Shown piece by piece: positions 36,223 through 49,379 of a stretch of 64,000 nucleotides of DNA. Under the pieces are notes generated by a model. That model was not told the origin of the DNA, did not search any database, and saw only the letters and a list, made by a program, of their open reading frames with translations. Position numbers and translations under genes: made by a program. Positions within the stretch are counted from its first letter, which is position 1; the number at the start of each line of letters is the position of its first letter. The stretch covers positions 3,224,001 through 3,288,000 of the forward strand of contig CM102283.1 of assembly GCA_046563655.1 (NCBI GenBank), written 5' to 3'. Source of the stretch: Yuukianura sp. NJ FZ-2021 (Eukaryota).

Positions 36223-37287
36223 TTCTAAAAACGTTTTAAGTTTTCAAAAATTCCTAAAAGTCTGCTAGCTGTTTTCAGAATTCTGAAACTTTGAGTGCAA
36301 ATGGACTAAATTTCGATTGTTTTATAAAGGCTTTTCTTTTTGCTCAAATTAAAATCGTCGGTCACTAATCCCCAGACCGAACAGATTATAAGTGTCAATC
36401 AATTTTTTTGGTTGTCAAAACCAAAATCTCGAGTGCACAAGTGTTGCATTTTTCCAGAATTTACTTTTTTTCAAGTTGATTATTCAGAAGTTATTCAAAA
36501 TTATTTCCAAATTTTAAAACAAGAGTCGTGAAATCCGTTTTCACCTTGACCTGAGGTACAACCTCCGGACAACTCTGGAGCTACGAATGACCTCTGAAAA
36601 GATAGTTGCCAACACGACACGGCGGTACCTTAATCGGTACTCAATGGGTACTTAAGGTACCTTTTTGTCCAGGGTCAGTAGAATCATACCTTTAAGTAAT
36701 GAAATGAGCATAAAGTCGTTTGAGAACTCGGTGACCTTTGACCTTCTCCTTATGCTATCTATCACACGAAGTTTTTAGTAAAGCAAGTTCTTTAGTTACT
36801 TAAGTTGTCACTTTGATCCATTGAAATTTTAAAACATTGAAATTTTGCAATTTGTCAGATGGTCGGTGTAATTTCCAGAAAAAAATTCAATTTTCATACA
36901 ATTCTGAGTAACTTGTGCTAAAAATTCGTCGTAAAAAGTTGAAGTACTTGGTTTTTCCCAACATGACAAACAGGACTTAACACACCAAACTAACTTAGCA
37001 GGTGAAATGGTCGAAAATAATTTGGTCAAAAAGTGAAAAGCTCAACCGTTACAAATGGTTAGACTACATTTCCTTATGTTTGATCTTTTCACTTTTTGAC
37101 TTTCTGACCACATTGTTTTTTGAAATAGTAGCTACATAAAACCGTTGGATGAATTTGCATGTTACTTTAATCAGAACTAAAAAGTTGTGTAATTTACTAA
37201 CAGATTGAGATTATTTTAGCAAAATTAGTTTCTAAGTCTAAATTCGTATTTTAACTGACCCCGCTCGTGCTACTTGCGTATTGACGT

Positions 37288-38094
37288 TTACTTCAACTCT
37301 TCTATACTCGCCGTGGCAAGGTCACCCATCTTGGGGTATCGTACTTTCCTTTTGTCTAATTCTTCTTGTGCCCATAAAATGAATTTCAGAAGGTAGGCCA
37401 ACTTGGACACACTTTCATCTGAGTTCTGAATTCCTAGGAATGCAGTATTCAGTTCACTGGCAACTTTTTGACGATGAGCAGGAGACAGCAGATCGCCAAA
37501 CGGAGACGTTTCTGGATCTTCAAAGGCCAGAAGAGCCAAAGTTCTGCGAAAAAAAAAATAATTTTACTCGATTAATCTTACATTTGTACTAAAAGTAGTT
37601 TCGACAATTACGATATGGTTGTCGTACCGTTCGAGTTCTTCCAGAACAGCAGCATTCTCGATTCCTTGATCAGACAGATTTTCCTGTGCGAACTTGAGAG
37701 CATCATTAACATTGCGATTACGAATTAGTTCAATCAGATGTTGCTGTTGTAGATGGAAGAAAAGATATCTGTTGTCATCCAAGAGTTCTGGTTGATACGA
37801 ATTAATCATTTCTACGGCTGAACGAATGTCTCCACTCTTGATAAACTCGAGGATTCGAATACGTTGATCCAACGTTTCCAAGTCGATCCCCGTCTCTGTG
37901 CCAGATTCCAATTGAAACTTCTCAGCAGCATCTTTGAATCCTTCAGTGACCAAGTAGTTCATGATTAATTTGTTGACTTCTGCCCTTGGAATCTCCACGT
38001 TCTCAATCTTCTCCATCCATCGTCCTCTGGACGAACTGTCTTCCCGTTCTCGTCCACCGATCAGACGAGGCTCAGATGGTCCACTGCTGGACAT
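37288..38094 (-). CDS. GID8: GID8/TWA1, CTLH E3 ligase subunit (two coding exons)
   Basis: Lis[79 protein letters not shown]. Confidence 0.93.
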
Positions 38095-38356
38095 TGTCTG
38101 AAAAAAATTAAAACATACGCTAATCAAAACGGATCCAGCATTGCCTTTATTTGAAATACTGTTCAACCCTTACCTTCCGTTTTATTAAAACACAACTTAA
38201 GGTGGCTCCCGATATTGGTTCTAATCGTAATAATTAATTATTAATCGCAATTGCTAATTGATTTACTAATTTGAAACCTCAGAACTTCTCTGAAGTAACA
38301 GGAAAACACACAAACAAATTGAAATGATAAACAGAACAGATGACTCGGTTGGAGTA

Positions 38357-39156
38357 AGGCTTAACGAACGTAATTGTAACCGGACGGTTTTGCCACTCCG
38401 CAATTAATGGGTGGCTACACTTCCGGCAACTTATGGCACTTGATATTAGGGTAGGTTAAAGTGGCTACATTAGTTGCCACTTAGGTGTAGCCACCCATTG
38501 TAGCCACTGAAATTGGCGGACTACGAAAACGTAGAGGGGGAAAATGTCCTCACCTTAACGTTGAGGTTGCTCAAAATTGGATTACAAATTTTTTACTTTC
38601 AGCATAACTTTAGCAGGTAATTGTACAAGCCTGGACGCTTAAATTTAATCAACATTTAGAGTGGTATTTAATTCCACTAAAAGAGTTTCTGTAACATCTA
38701 CAAGGTGCAAAGACTTCACTGTTTTTCACATCATTAAACAATAAGGATCCATAATATAGTTTGTGTTCGTATGCTACATACTTAATAGCAGGCATGTGAC
38801 TGGGACGTTCGTGTATCACATATATGCTTTTAATGATGCAGTTACAAACATGAACTATATTATGAAATCCTAATTGCTTAATGACTTGAAAGACAGTGAA
38901 ATCTTTGCACCTTGTAGATGTTACAGAAACTCTTTTAGTGGAATTAAATATCACTCTAAATGTTGATTAAATTAAAAGCGTCCAGGTTTGTATAATTATC
39001 AGCTCAAGTTACGCTGAAAGTATAAACTTCGTAGCCCAATTTTGAACAACCTCAACATTAAGCTGACGACATTTTTGAACTTTGTTTTTCGTAATATTAA
39101 ATTGAGCAATTAGCGAGTGGCTATACTGGGCGTCTCCAATGACGCTCATTATTCCT
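38357..39156. mobile_element. Degenerate GTAGCCAC-family MITE interrupted by a second MITE
   Basis: Ends aggcttaacgaacgtaattg / caatgacgctcattattcct resemble the 1003-1206 TIRs. gtggctac/gtagccac repeats occur at 38411-38508 and 39117. Confidence 0.55.
38522..39093. mobile_element. Palindromic MITE with inverted arms of about 200 bp
   Basis: tttaatcaacatttagagtggtatttaattccactaaaagagtttctgtaacatctacaaggtgcaaaga is mirrored at about 38902-38971. The outer arms are diverged. Confidence 0.85.
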
Positions 39157-39474
39157 TACCTCAACCGATGCCTATCTTTGTCAACAATGGGCAACCAGAA
39201 GTCGGCACTTTCATAGTCGCTCACTTACATTGAGATGTAAAGGCCGCTGGTACAGTTGGTAGTTAATTAGCAAGTAAATTTTGATTAACTCAATTAACAA
39301 ATTAGCACGCTGCTTCATTTCTGCGTACGTTTATTTAGAAAAAATATACCAAGTGACTTTGTCATCATTGACCGGAATCGAGTATACTACGAATCTTCCT
39401 TCCCTTTTTTGATTTGATTCTAAATAGTTGAAGTTGGAATAAAGGTCAAACGTGACGCGTTTTTAGGAAAATAT

Positions 39475-42400
39475 TTAAGAGAAATCTTCTACTTTGTCCA
39501 GTGAGGCACATTTGCATGAGCAGCCAGTGACAGGACATTCGAGTTGCAATCTAAAAACAAAAACCTCAATTTAAAAAATGTCCAATTGAAAAGTTTTGGA
39601 AAAACTTGCGCTTATGGAAGTTTAAGAGAAACAAACTTACGCAAACCATCGTTTGAGATGAATAGTGTGTCCACCATGTCTACAAGACTGACACCATGAG
39701 AACCATGACAACGCTATTGGAGAACTTCCTGGCCACTCCAGCTCCTTCAACACTTCTGGCCCTTTGCCAAGTACTGTTCCCATGCTCAGGAGACAAATGC
39801 AACAGCGCGGAAGTGGTTTTCTACAGTTTGGACAGCACGTCAGCTAAAACCAAAAAAAAAAATGTTCAAAATTTTTCAAATTTTTGAAATCAAAAAGTTA
39901 AAACTTTTTCTGTTTTGTATTTTTCGTACCTTTGTTTTGGCATTGGCAGTGGCTGGGGCAAACCGTGAAAAAAGTTGAGCATTTCTGGACATACTGCCAA
40001 TTCCCGCTTGTGACAAAACACTTTTTCCGCAAAACCCACAAGATATTGTCACTTCCGGTGGCGGAATGAGTGACGGATTGTGTGTATTCTTCACAATGTC
40101 AAACTCAGTCCTCGCTTCCCAAAGTTTCCAGCAGTTTAGCAGTTCCCTGTAAAATCCAGCACATCAAAATACTGCCAGTATCACCAAATACTTCCAGCTT
40201 TTAACTGATTCTTGAAAACATTCACCTGTAACAATGTATCCACATGCTAAGTTGAGGAGTAGAAGGGATGTCATGTGCCAGTGTCCTAATTGCCAGTACT
40301 GATAATGTCTGAATATCTCCAGTTTCGTCCAAGTATTTCTGAAGTACTGGCAGCACATGGGCAGTCATTCCAGTCAGCAGCACTCCAAACAGGTCCCCTG
40401 TCTCTGTTAGTTCTTTAGTCAAAATGTCAATGTATGCCACAAGCTTCGCATCCGGCAGAAAAGAACAAGCAAATCCAACACGGTCTGCCACGGTCAGGCC
40501 TTGGTTGAACTGAAATTTCAAAAATTCAAAATTTTGAATTATAAGAAGAATTTTTTTTGAAAGTTTCATACCAAGATTTTTTCGAATGAACCGTCAGTGT
40601 CCGTGAGGAATGCAAAGATGGCGCGAATGTAGGGATCTTCCAGATGAGCTCCATTCATCAACGCTTGTTCTCTCCATAGTGAGTTCTTGTCATCCGTAAA
40701 TCCAGCGATTGCCATAGCAACAATTGAGTATCCAGACTCACTTAGAACGGTAATCGCTTGTCTCAGTTTGAGATGAAACAGTAAATTGGCAGCATGTCGA
40801 GTTGGTGTAGTTGGATACAGCTCAGCTCCCTCTTCACACCAACCACACAACTGCTGGATGAAAATCCGTTCTTCACTTCTGTAATTAAAAAAAAATAAGT
40901 GAAAATAAAATTTTGAAAATTTTTCAAAAATTTTGAATTGTTCGTTACCGATATGACTTGCCGATACTATGAGAATCAAATGAACTGTTATGGACCATAT
41001 CAGACTTGAGAGTTGACGACTGCACGACTCCTGCTGTGGTTGTTGGCTCCATTTTTAAAACAGTTCTTACTCCAGGGAACTTTATGCTTGAGTTGCAAAT
41101 GGACATGACACGGTACTTTTCTTTCTCAGTTAGAATTCGGCAGTAGTCGAGCCACTCCCACAAATGCTTCAGAACTGGATCCTCTGCTACTAACTTTGCA
41201 TTGTCTTTCAGTGTAGGCTAAAAGAAAGAAAAAGAAGACCTTTTTGAAAAATAAGAACTTTTTCGTATTTCAGAAGTTGAAAATGATTTTCTTCTACCTG
41301 CAAACCGTACTTTGCCAAAGCACGGTCCCTGATTTTCACTGAAACGTCGTCAAGAACGCGATACGGTTCGTCATTTTTGTCAACGTACCGAATCAATTTC
41401 TTGCCACTGGACCAACCCAACTACAAAAAACAAAAATCAGACATCATAAATCACAAATCAGGCATCAGAAGTCAGATAAATTGATTGGAAAAAATACTTT
41501 GAAAATGACTTACTTTTGAAAGTGGAGACCAATTCACGGTAATCCGTTCGTAGACGGTGGAGTTCCAGATGACACCGTTGATGTAAGCAGTGGTGAGTAG
41601 ATTTTCGTCAGTAGGATGCCAAGCAAACGAGGATATGAAAGTTCCTGGACGATGTGTCGTAGGGGCAATTGAAACGGCAGGGGTCAACCGTCGTTCAAGC
41701 ACGGCCGGTTCTAGACCGTCTTCACTCGAAAGTGTAGCGTGATGAACGTCGTGCAGTTGAACATAGTCGCTCTCTTTTTCTAAACACGCTAACAGTCCAG
41801 ACCTGAAAACGACAAAACGACGAAGTTATGTCACTCATTTTTTGAAGTTAAAATTATGAAAATTCGTTATTTTTGTACCTGGTAGGACACCATCCGATTT
41901 TGGAAATCGGTCGGGAATGATTGAGAACCACAAAAGGTTTGTCGAAATTTCTGACATCCCAGACACAAACTTGGTTTTCAGCAAATGAAGCAACTTTGAA
42001 GTTGGTGTCAAGTGATATGCCGTTGACAGCCTTTGTAGCAGCAGTCCGCTCTAACTTAGCTTGTGAATCTAAAAAAACACAAGTTAGGATACTTGCCAAG
42101 TATTTCTAGGCTTATGTACATACCTCTTAGATCGAAAACCTTGAGATGCTTGGAATTCATTCCGACAAGAAGTGTTTTTGGTTGTAACCAGGCAACGGAA
42201 TGAGCTGTTTCGGAATTTCCCAGTTCAACTGTAGGTCGCAGTGCGTCTGAATGAAATCCGTTTACACATTTGCTACTGCTCGTGATATCCCAAACGGCAA
42301 CGGCATATTCTGACCTTCCTTTTTCAAAACATGCGGCCAAGTAGTGTGAAGTGAACTTGTTCCAGCACAGGGAGTTGATCTGTCGTTGCGTTTTTGGCAC

Positions 42401-42840
42401 TGAAGAGAAAAAAATAGTGTATCGAAATTTTGAAACCAATTGTTACAATGTAACTGATTTACCGAACTCTTTGCTGATAATTGTTGATCCAAACGACGTC
42501 AGAACGACGTTTCCATTTCCCAGACCAACGGCGATCATACCGTCTGCGTCGTTACCGGGATAAGCATCGACGACTTTTGGATACTGAAGCTCGTTCAGCT
42601 TTGACAACAAGGAGGCCGACTTCGTAGGAGATATCTTCATCGCAGCTAAACAAATTTATAACAAAAGTTACAGTTTAACTATGTAATCGTAAGTTTGATT
42701 AACTTAATTTCAATTAGTTTGAGTAGATTACTTGGAAGTTGAGGATCTTCTGAATTGATATCGTCGATTCGGTACAAGTTGATTTCCTGGGCCCATGTCA
42801 GCAGCTGATTCGGCTTTCCCGGAAACCACTGCAGATCCAT
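39475..42840 (-). CDS. MIOS: GATOR2 subunit MIOS (WD40 plus C-terminal zinc finger/RING); the start codon may lie further upstream
   Basis: LLVGMNSKHLKVFDLR, VWDVRNFDKP, WCPTR, VADRVGFAC, GDIQT, ISCGFCGKS, CPNCRKPLPRCC, CQSCRHGGH, CPVTGCSCKC. Confidence 0.9.
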
Positions 42841-43544
42841 CCTGAATACGTCGAGACTAAATTCCTTCAACTGAAAGTTTTTAATTAGTAATTGAGAAAT
42901 TAAGAACTTTGGAATTTCAATTTTAAAATCATTTTTTCTCAAATTCAATTTAATTTAAAAAGTTTCCCGCTGTTTATATTTCGGTTGGCCAATCAGAAAG
43001 AAGCATTTCTTAATCTGGCCAATAGAGGGCGAGTGGTCACCACGTTTAAAATTCAAACTAAAAATTAAATTGTGTTTTGCAAAATGGTCGTATATTAATT
43101 AATAGCTAAAATAGTAAGTTAGTTAAGTAATTATAGAAAAGTTATTTATGTTTGATAAATTAGTGATGATTTTGGATTATTTAGTGATTCCTGCAGATGG
43201 TTTCCTGCCTTGATTTCAATTCGTTTGTAATTCACAACTTTCACTTTTTATGAAAAACGGATTGACTTTTTCTTCCTAGCTGTTATGCTTTTATCTTTCC
43301 ACAACTTATTGTTTAGTCCAATTTTTTTTTCAAAAAGTCACTTTTTGTGTTGAAAATGTTGTTGTTAAGAATATTTAATGTATTTATTCTACCCCTTGTT
43401 TCATTTTGGAACGTTTCCGCTACGAATTCAACATCGAGTGCTGTTAAAATCACAAAAAATGCAACTTTGACCGAACAATCGATGGTGGAAGATGTCTGCC
43501 GAACGCAATTTCTTGCTTGTACAAGTAAATTAACATTTTACATA

Positions 43545-43620
43545 ACCTAATATTAACATAGTCTACTATTAACATAGTCTAATATTATGAAAACCTAATA
43601 TTAGCATAGCCTAATATTAC
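43545..43620. repeat. Short degenerate tandem repeat
   Basis: Repeated ctaatattaacatagt-like units. Confidence 0.6.
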
Positions 43621-44034
43621 TCTCCTTTGTACTCAATTACAGCTGCAATCATTGTCCAAGACACAAAACTTTCTTACATCGATCGCTGCAAAGGTCATCT
43701 GAGATGTACTGACGACTACTTCCAGTGCAAAATCAGCGATACAGATACATCAATACCTCAATTTTACGATTTTTAGCAAAAATGGAAAGGAAAATTTAGC
43801 AGGTCGTTCCACAGCTGATTCTGAGCTTTGGTAACCATAGCGACGCCAAAATTCAAGTGTTTATAGAAAATACCAAACAAAAATTTAAATAAAGTGTTCA
43901 AAAATTCCTGAGAAAAACTACGCGTAGGTTTTGAATTAGTTGAATACATATAATTCATTTTATATAATTTATTTTACATTAATTGTATAATTTTCAATAC
44001 ATATTTTGTAATACTTGACCTTTGACCTATTGAC

Positions 44035-46331
44035 ATGAACTCTCCACCGATGCTGCTGCCGGACGCTAGCAGAAGCTTTTTCTACATTCCCGGAGAGGAT
44101 AACATTGACACAATTCAAAACACTTTGGAAGTAAGGTTTCTTTTACTTTTAAAACGTTGACCTTTGACCTTGGAAAAAGTTGACCTCTGACCTCTGAATG
44201 TCAAAGGTCATGCAACCGGTTTTCAAGCATCTTGGATTTGGAGACTTGCGGCAAGCTCGTCTGGTTTGCCGTTCTTGGAACGACGTTGTTTGCACCGGAG
44301 CGAGATTCTGGGACTTAAGTGTCATGACCATCCGCGGTGACCCTGACCTCGCCTTGACCTTTCTGCGAACTCGCGAATTTCAAAACTGGAAACACTTCAA
44401 GTTTGTTGCACCACTTCTGGACAGCTCGTCACAAATTCAAACTTCTTTCTGGACAGCACTAGGTCGAAACATCGCTTCTTTGACGCTGCTATCACATTCG
44501 CTGTCCCCAGTCGAGTTCCTGCAAGTGCTCAGCGCATGCTCGAACTTAAAGTCATTGACCTTCAGTTGTCGCAACATCTACAGAGGTCACGGTCAGCCAG
44601 AAACCGTGAAACAGCTGACCAGCGTCATGCGATTGGTCGACAACGTCCAGTGTTACCGTAGCGACAACTTGCTGGGTCAGCTGACCTACCTCAAAATACT
44701 GGATTCCAATCTGGTCCCGCCAGGAGTGCTGCGTGACCTTCTCCAGCTGACCTACAAGGTAACGCACTTATGTCTCCACGACACCAACATGGCGACCGTT
44801 CCACTGTGGCAGGTTGGCGACATCGTGAGGTATGTCGCCGACAGACGATCGGTCGTCAAGAAGCTGGAGCTGACCGGTTCGCACATTTTCCCTGAATATG
44901 TCGAAGCTTTATCAAAAATTGCTGACCTCCGGTTGACCTCTTTGCATTTGCGATTCGCCAAAGTGACGGATTTCGTTTTGCTAACGTTGTTCAAACAGCA
45001 GAAAAACTTGGTCGAGCTGGACCTATCTTTTACACAGTGTTCGCAGCGATGCTTCCTGCATCTCCAGTGCTCTTTTGCCAAACTCAAGCGATTGATTCTG
45101 CGCGGATTCAGTTCAAACATTACCTCATTTGCATTTTTGGCACGCATGCCCAACCTGGAAGATCTTGATCTGTCTGGAACTTTTTCAACGAGCATGAGCT
45201 GGGAACACCTCATCGATTCACTCTTGCCGCTAAGATTTAAAAAACTCAAAAGTTTAAACTTCAGTTTCAACTTGGGACTTGGCGTTTTTCCGCGCGCCAA
45301 ACTTTTCACGTCGCTCGTTTCAAGTGTGAACCACATCACGTGCCTCAATTTAAGCCAAAACACGTTCGTCAAGGATTCAATTGTACACAATATTTGGCGT
45401 CATCTGACCCATCTGAAAGTCGTATTTCTAGAATATCTCAGTGGAATGTCTACAGAAGGAATTTCAGGTTTTCAAAATTTGAATTTTCAAAGATTTTCAA
45501 AATTTGATATTCCAAGATTTTTCAAAATTTTGATTTCTTGCTGTTTTTTTAGGAATCCGACACTCTCAAATGCAGACTTTCTTGGCAAATGGAACTTTGG
45601 ACAAAATTAATCCCGCGTTGCTCCGAATTCAAAATTCTGGAGGCTCATACATCGGTTTATGTCCAGGTAAGGAATTTTCAAAATTTGAATGTTCAAACTT
45701 TCGAAAAACAACATTTTTTGAAAAACTTTTTCAGACATTGAAACTCTGTCGCTCGCTTACAATTCTCGGTTGAACGATTTTATCATTCCTTTCGGCATCA
45801 CCGATTTGGAAAATTTGAAAAAACTGAAACTCACTTGCTGCTCACAGGTTTGCTTCTATTGAAAAATCTTCTTCAAACTTTTCAAAATTTCGAAAAATTC
45901 CTGACTTTTTTTCAGATCAGTGCAAAATACTTGCTTGATCTGATCACTTACTGTGGAAAACTTGAGTATTTGGATGTTAGTGGAACACAAATTTCTGGAG
46001 AATGGGCCGAGTGGGCCAAAAAGCAAATCCGAAAATTCGGAGAATCGTTTTCAGCGATTATCTAAATCTAACAATCAGCCAAGCAGCGATTGTGGCTGCG
46101 CAGCAAGAAATTTTGGATATGCCGTCAACTCCTGCAGAACAAGAAAACGAAACTGCGCATGCGCAGAACGGCATGGCTGAAAAAGACGCTGAAGAATTGG
46201 CACTGGACATTTTATCTAAAAGATTTGACTCTGACACGGAAGGTCAAGGGCTAAGTGAGAACATGGCACGCGGTGACCGCGCCCGGAAACAGTCATTGTC
46301 AAAGAAACCAGTTTCCAAAAAAGTGAAATGA
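44035..46331 (+). CDS. F-box/LRR protein (exons approx 44035-44130, 44207-45467, 45553-45666, 45735-45847, 45917-end; possible 1-nt frameshift at 46018-46022)
   Basis: F-box LEVMQPVFKHLGFGDLRQARLVCRSWNDV, plus many LxxLxL repeats (LVELDLSFT, LEDLDLSGT, LEYLDVSGT). Confidence 0.8.
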
Positions 46332-46586
46332 TTTTGAAAAAAAAAAAGTTTCCAAAAAAAAAATCAAAAAGTTTTCAAAATTTTAAGTTTCGAGGTAACA
46401 GGAATATTTTTGCTTTATTTAATTTATTTTCCCGCCAGTTTTATTTTCAAATAAAAACGTTTTCGACTCATTTCTAGAAAAACAGGGTGGTCTAGAGTTA
46501 TTGGGCGAAGAAGTCACGTGAATGCGTGAATTGTGACGTGAATGCGTGTATAGTCACGTGAGTGCTTGATTTGCGTGTAGACGTGT

Positions 46587-47622
46587 TTATTTGCGTGTGT
46601 GGTGTCGAAACGTAGGTGACGTGTAAGTAGACGTGGGTGTTCTTGGAGAGTATCCGTATGTGTCACGTGACACTGGTTGGTACTTGTATCCTGGTGCGTG
46701 GATTCGAAGTGACGGCTCTTCCGACGAGTATTTTTGTGGCATTTCGTCAAATGTGCTGCGCGGGAAATATTCAGCACTTTGTTGACGGCGTCGTGAAGCA
46801 GCTGAATTGTCGTCATTGGCTCGCATGTCTTCAGTTCCTGCCAAAAATTTAAAATTTTTAAACTTCCCGCTGTTTGAAATTTAAATTCCCGCGTTATCAC
46901 ACATTCCATTTGTTTAAAAGTTAAGAAAAACGAAAGGAATGAATAAGTCAAACCTTTGTTCTTTGTTTAGTTTGACTGTGTTTTAGAGTTGTGCCAACTT
47001 TTGGTGATCTTGGCAAGATTTCAAAAAAGTTGGACTTTTTTCAAAAACTTTGTCGAAAATGAACATTCTGTGAAACTGTGCATTCTCTCATCAATCAGCA
47101 ATGTGTACTTGGCTAAAGTAAGTAAGTAAGGCTTAAAAAAAACGGAACCTTGAAAAACTTTTTTTTTCTGAACTTTTTGTTTGTTTCTGTGAAATTTTTT
47201 CGTTGACAGAATCAGCATGACTCAATTTCCGGTTTTGTTTTATAAACATTTCTTTTAAATTTTGAAATTTTTCTTGGACTGAATCCATTTTTTCGTTGAC
47301 AAAAAAATTTTTTTTCCGCAGGAAGACATACTTGCACTTTCACAACTTCCGCATTTTAGCTCAGTTTAAAAATAACTTTTACGAAATTCCAAAATCCGAC
47401 GTAATAAAAAAATCTCCCTTTAGCATCTCTGCTGCTTGTTTATGAATTACCAAATCAAAATTTTGACAAAAAATGATGTCATTTTTTCAAAAAAAAAATT
47501 GAAAATAGTTTGAAGTTACCTTTGAGTGCTCGAACGTAAGAAGTCCAGAATTTGGCTTTTCTCTGAACAGGTTCGTTCATGCTGATCATGTTAAAGTGGG
47601 CTTTGAAAGTTGAGCTGGACAT
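46587..47622 (-). CDS. Mf: Myofilin, thick-filament protein (exons 47622-47520 and 46837-46587)
   Basis: The spliced product FKAHFNMISMNEPVQRKAKFWTSYVRALKGTEDMRA...GYKYQPVSRDTYGYSPR matches insect myofilin motifs as I recall them. Exon 1 is absent from the ORF track. Confidence 0.85.
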
Positions 47623-49379
47623 TTTAAAGTTTTGTTTTGCTAAAATATAGTTCAAAATTTCAATTTCGAAATAAAAAAAAAAAGTTTGATTATATTTTGC
47701 ATTTTTTTTTTAGAAACGACACTTACAACTTTTAGCTTCTCACTCCGGAATTATCTGAACTTCAAAAAATCTTATTCACTTATTTCAAAATTTCGGGAAA
47801 CGGCTTCCTTTTTTTTTTTTGTTCAATGAAAGTGATGGGTTTTTAAAAAGAGTCTAAAATTTTGAACTGGAAACAAAAATTTCAAACTACTTTTTTCAAA
47901 AAACTTTTCTTCCTTGTTCCTTGTCGGAAACTGAGGCTGAGGAGCGGCTTCCGTTTTCTTTTTATTTTAAATTCCATGTCATGGGCAAAGCCATTTGCAA
48001 AAAAGCATTAGGATTCGCTTTTTTAAAAAGTTGGCAGTTGTTCAAACAGCACTTTTTGTTCAAACAAAAACCAGGAGCATTTCCAAGTTTAGGTGCCATT
48101 GCACATTCCATGAGCATCGGAGCGTTACGTCATTTCGCTTCGAGGCTCCTGCTGAAAAGTGCCGCTGCGTCTTCTGTGGCAATTAATTCCAAAATTTAAC
48201 AAATTACATAACTCAAACTTAAAAAAAAACCAAAAAAATTCAAAAAATCTTTTTTGAAGAATTTTTCATTCCGAGATGCTTCTCACCTACATTTTTGCAC
48301 TTCCAAAGTTTTAAAATTCTTAAACATTTAAATTTTGAAAAACGACTAATTGATTTTGGTAATTAGCGCCTATTCTATGTGGGTTTTAGTGTAAATCATT
48401 TTTGTCAAACTTGTGACGCAGATTCAGATCATGTCGAACGCCATAAACAAAATTTTGTTGTGCCAAAACGTGTCCATTCATTTTCTAAATGTTCGTTTTC
48501 TCAATTTTCATTTTCAAAATGTTTTTCTAAATTTAGTTTTTTCGATGCCTCACTCTGTGGAACAGATGCTTTAAGAAGTGACTTTAATCGCTTCCACCAC
48601 ACCTTCTGTTTAAAAAATCTTGTTCTAAAAATCCTGTTCTAAAAAAGTTGAACAGAAGGTTTAGGACAAGCAAATGCTTTGAAACCGAGGTCACTCAGCC
48701 ACTCGAACATCAAAGGCAACTGCCAAACTTTTATTCAAGGAAATTCTCAAGTAGAACAAAAAACAACGTGCCTAATACTTCAACAGCTTAAAAAAAAACA
48801 AGGTTTTTAAAAATACATGAAATACAAAATTCAACTTTTTTTTTATCTGAAACAACTGACTTTGAAAAGCTTTAGTTTTAACCTCTAAGGCTATTTGTAT
48901 CAAACTTAATTTTTTTTTGCTTAAAAAAAAGAAGAAAGTAGAAAATTTCGTATAAAATGGAACTTTTGACTTTGAAATTTGGTTGTGATGTTTTTGAAAA
49001 ATCTGTTTTTCTAAAAAATCGGTTTTCCATAATTCCATAATCGGTTATCGGTAAATCCATATTTGTCTAAGTTGTTTTTTGTCGTGTTTTTAGAAAGTGG
49101 GTTGCCGCATCTACATTTTAATTAACTTTTCAATAAATTTTGTTAAGACAGACGTGGCCAATCGATGTGATTGGTCATTTTTAGTGAAGAATCGATGTGA
49201 TTGGTCCATTTTAGTCGTTTATAGTCTCAAGCTACATTTTAGAACAAAACTAAAATCTATTTGTCACTTCACTTTTAGTATCTTCCAGAAACTGGGTTGA
49301 AGTAAAGCCACTTTGAAGTAATCTTTTGAATACTTGGCTTCGTTTTTTGAAATCAAAACCAAAACTAAAATTTGGAGCC

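Noticed and set aside
44752-45390. 212-aa antisense ORF
   Set aside because: It is the shadow of the F-box/LRR coding exon.
46514-46951. 145-aa His/Thr-rich ORF
   Set aside because: It is an alternative frame over myofilin exon 2 and its cacgtg-rich 3' UTR.
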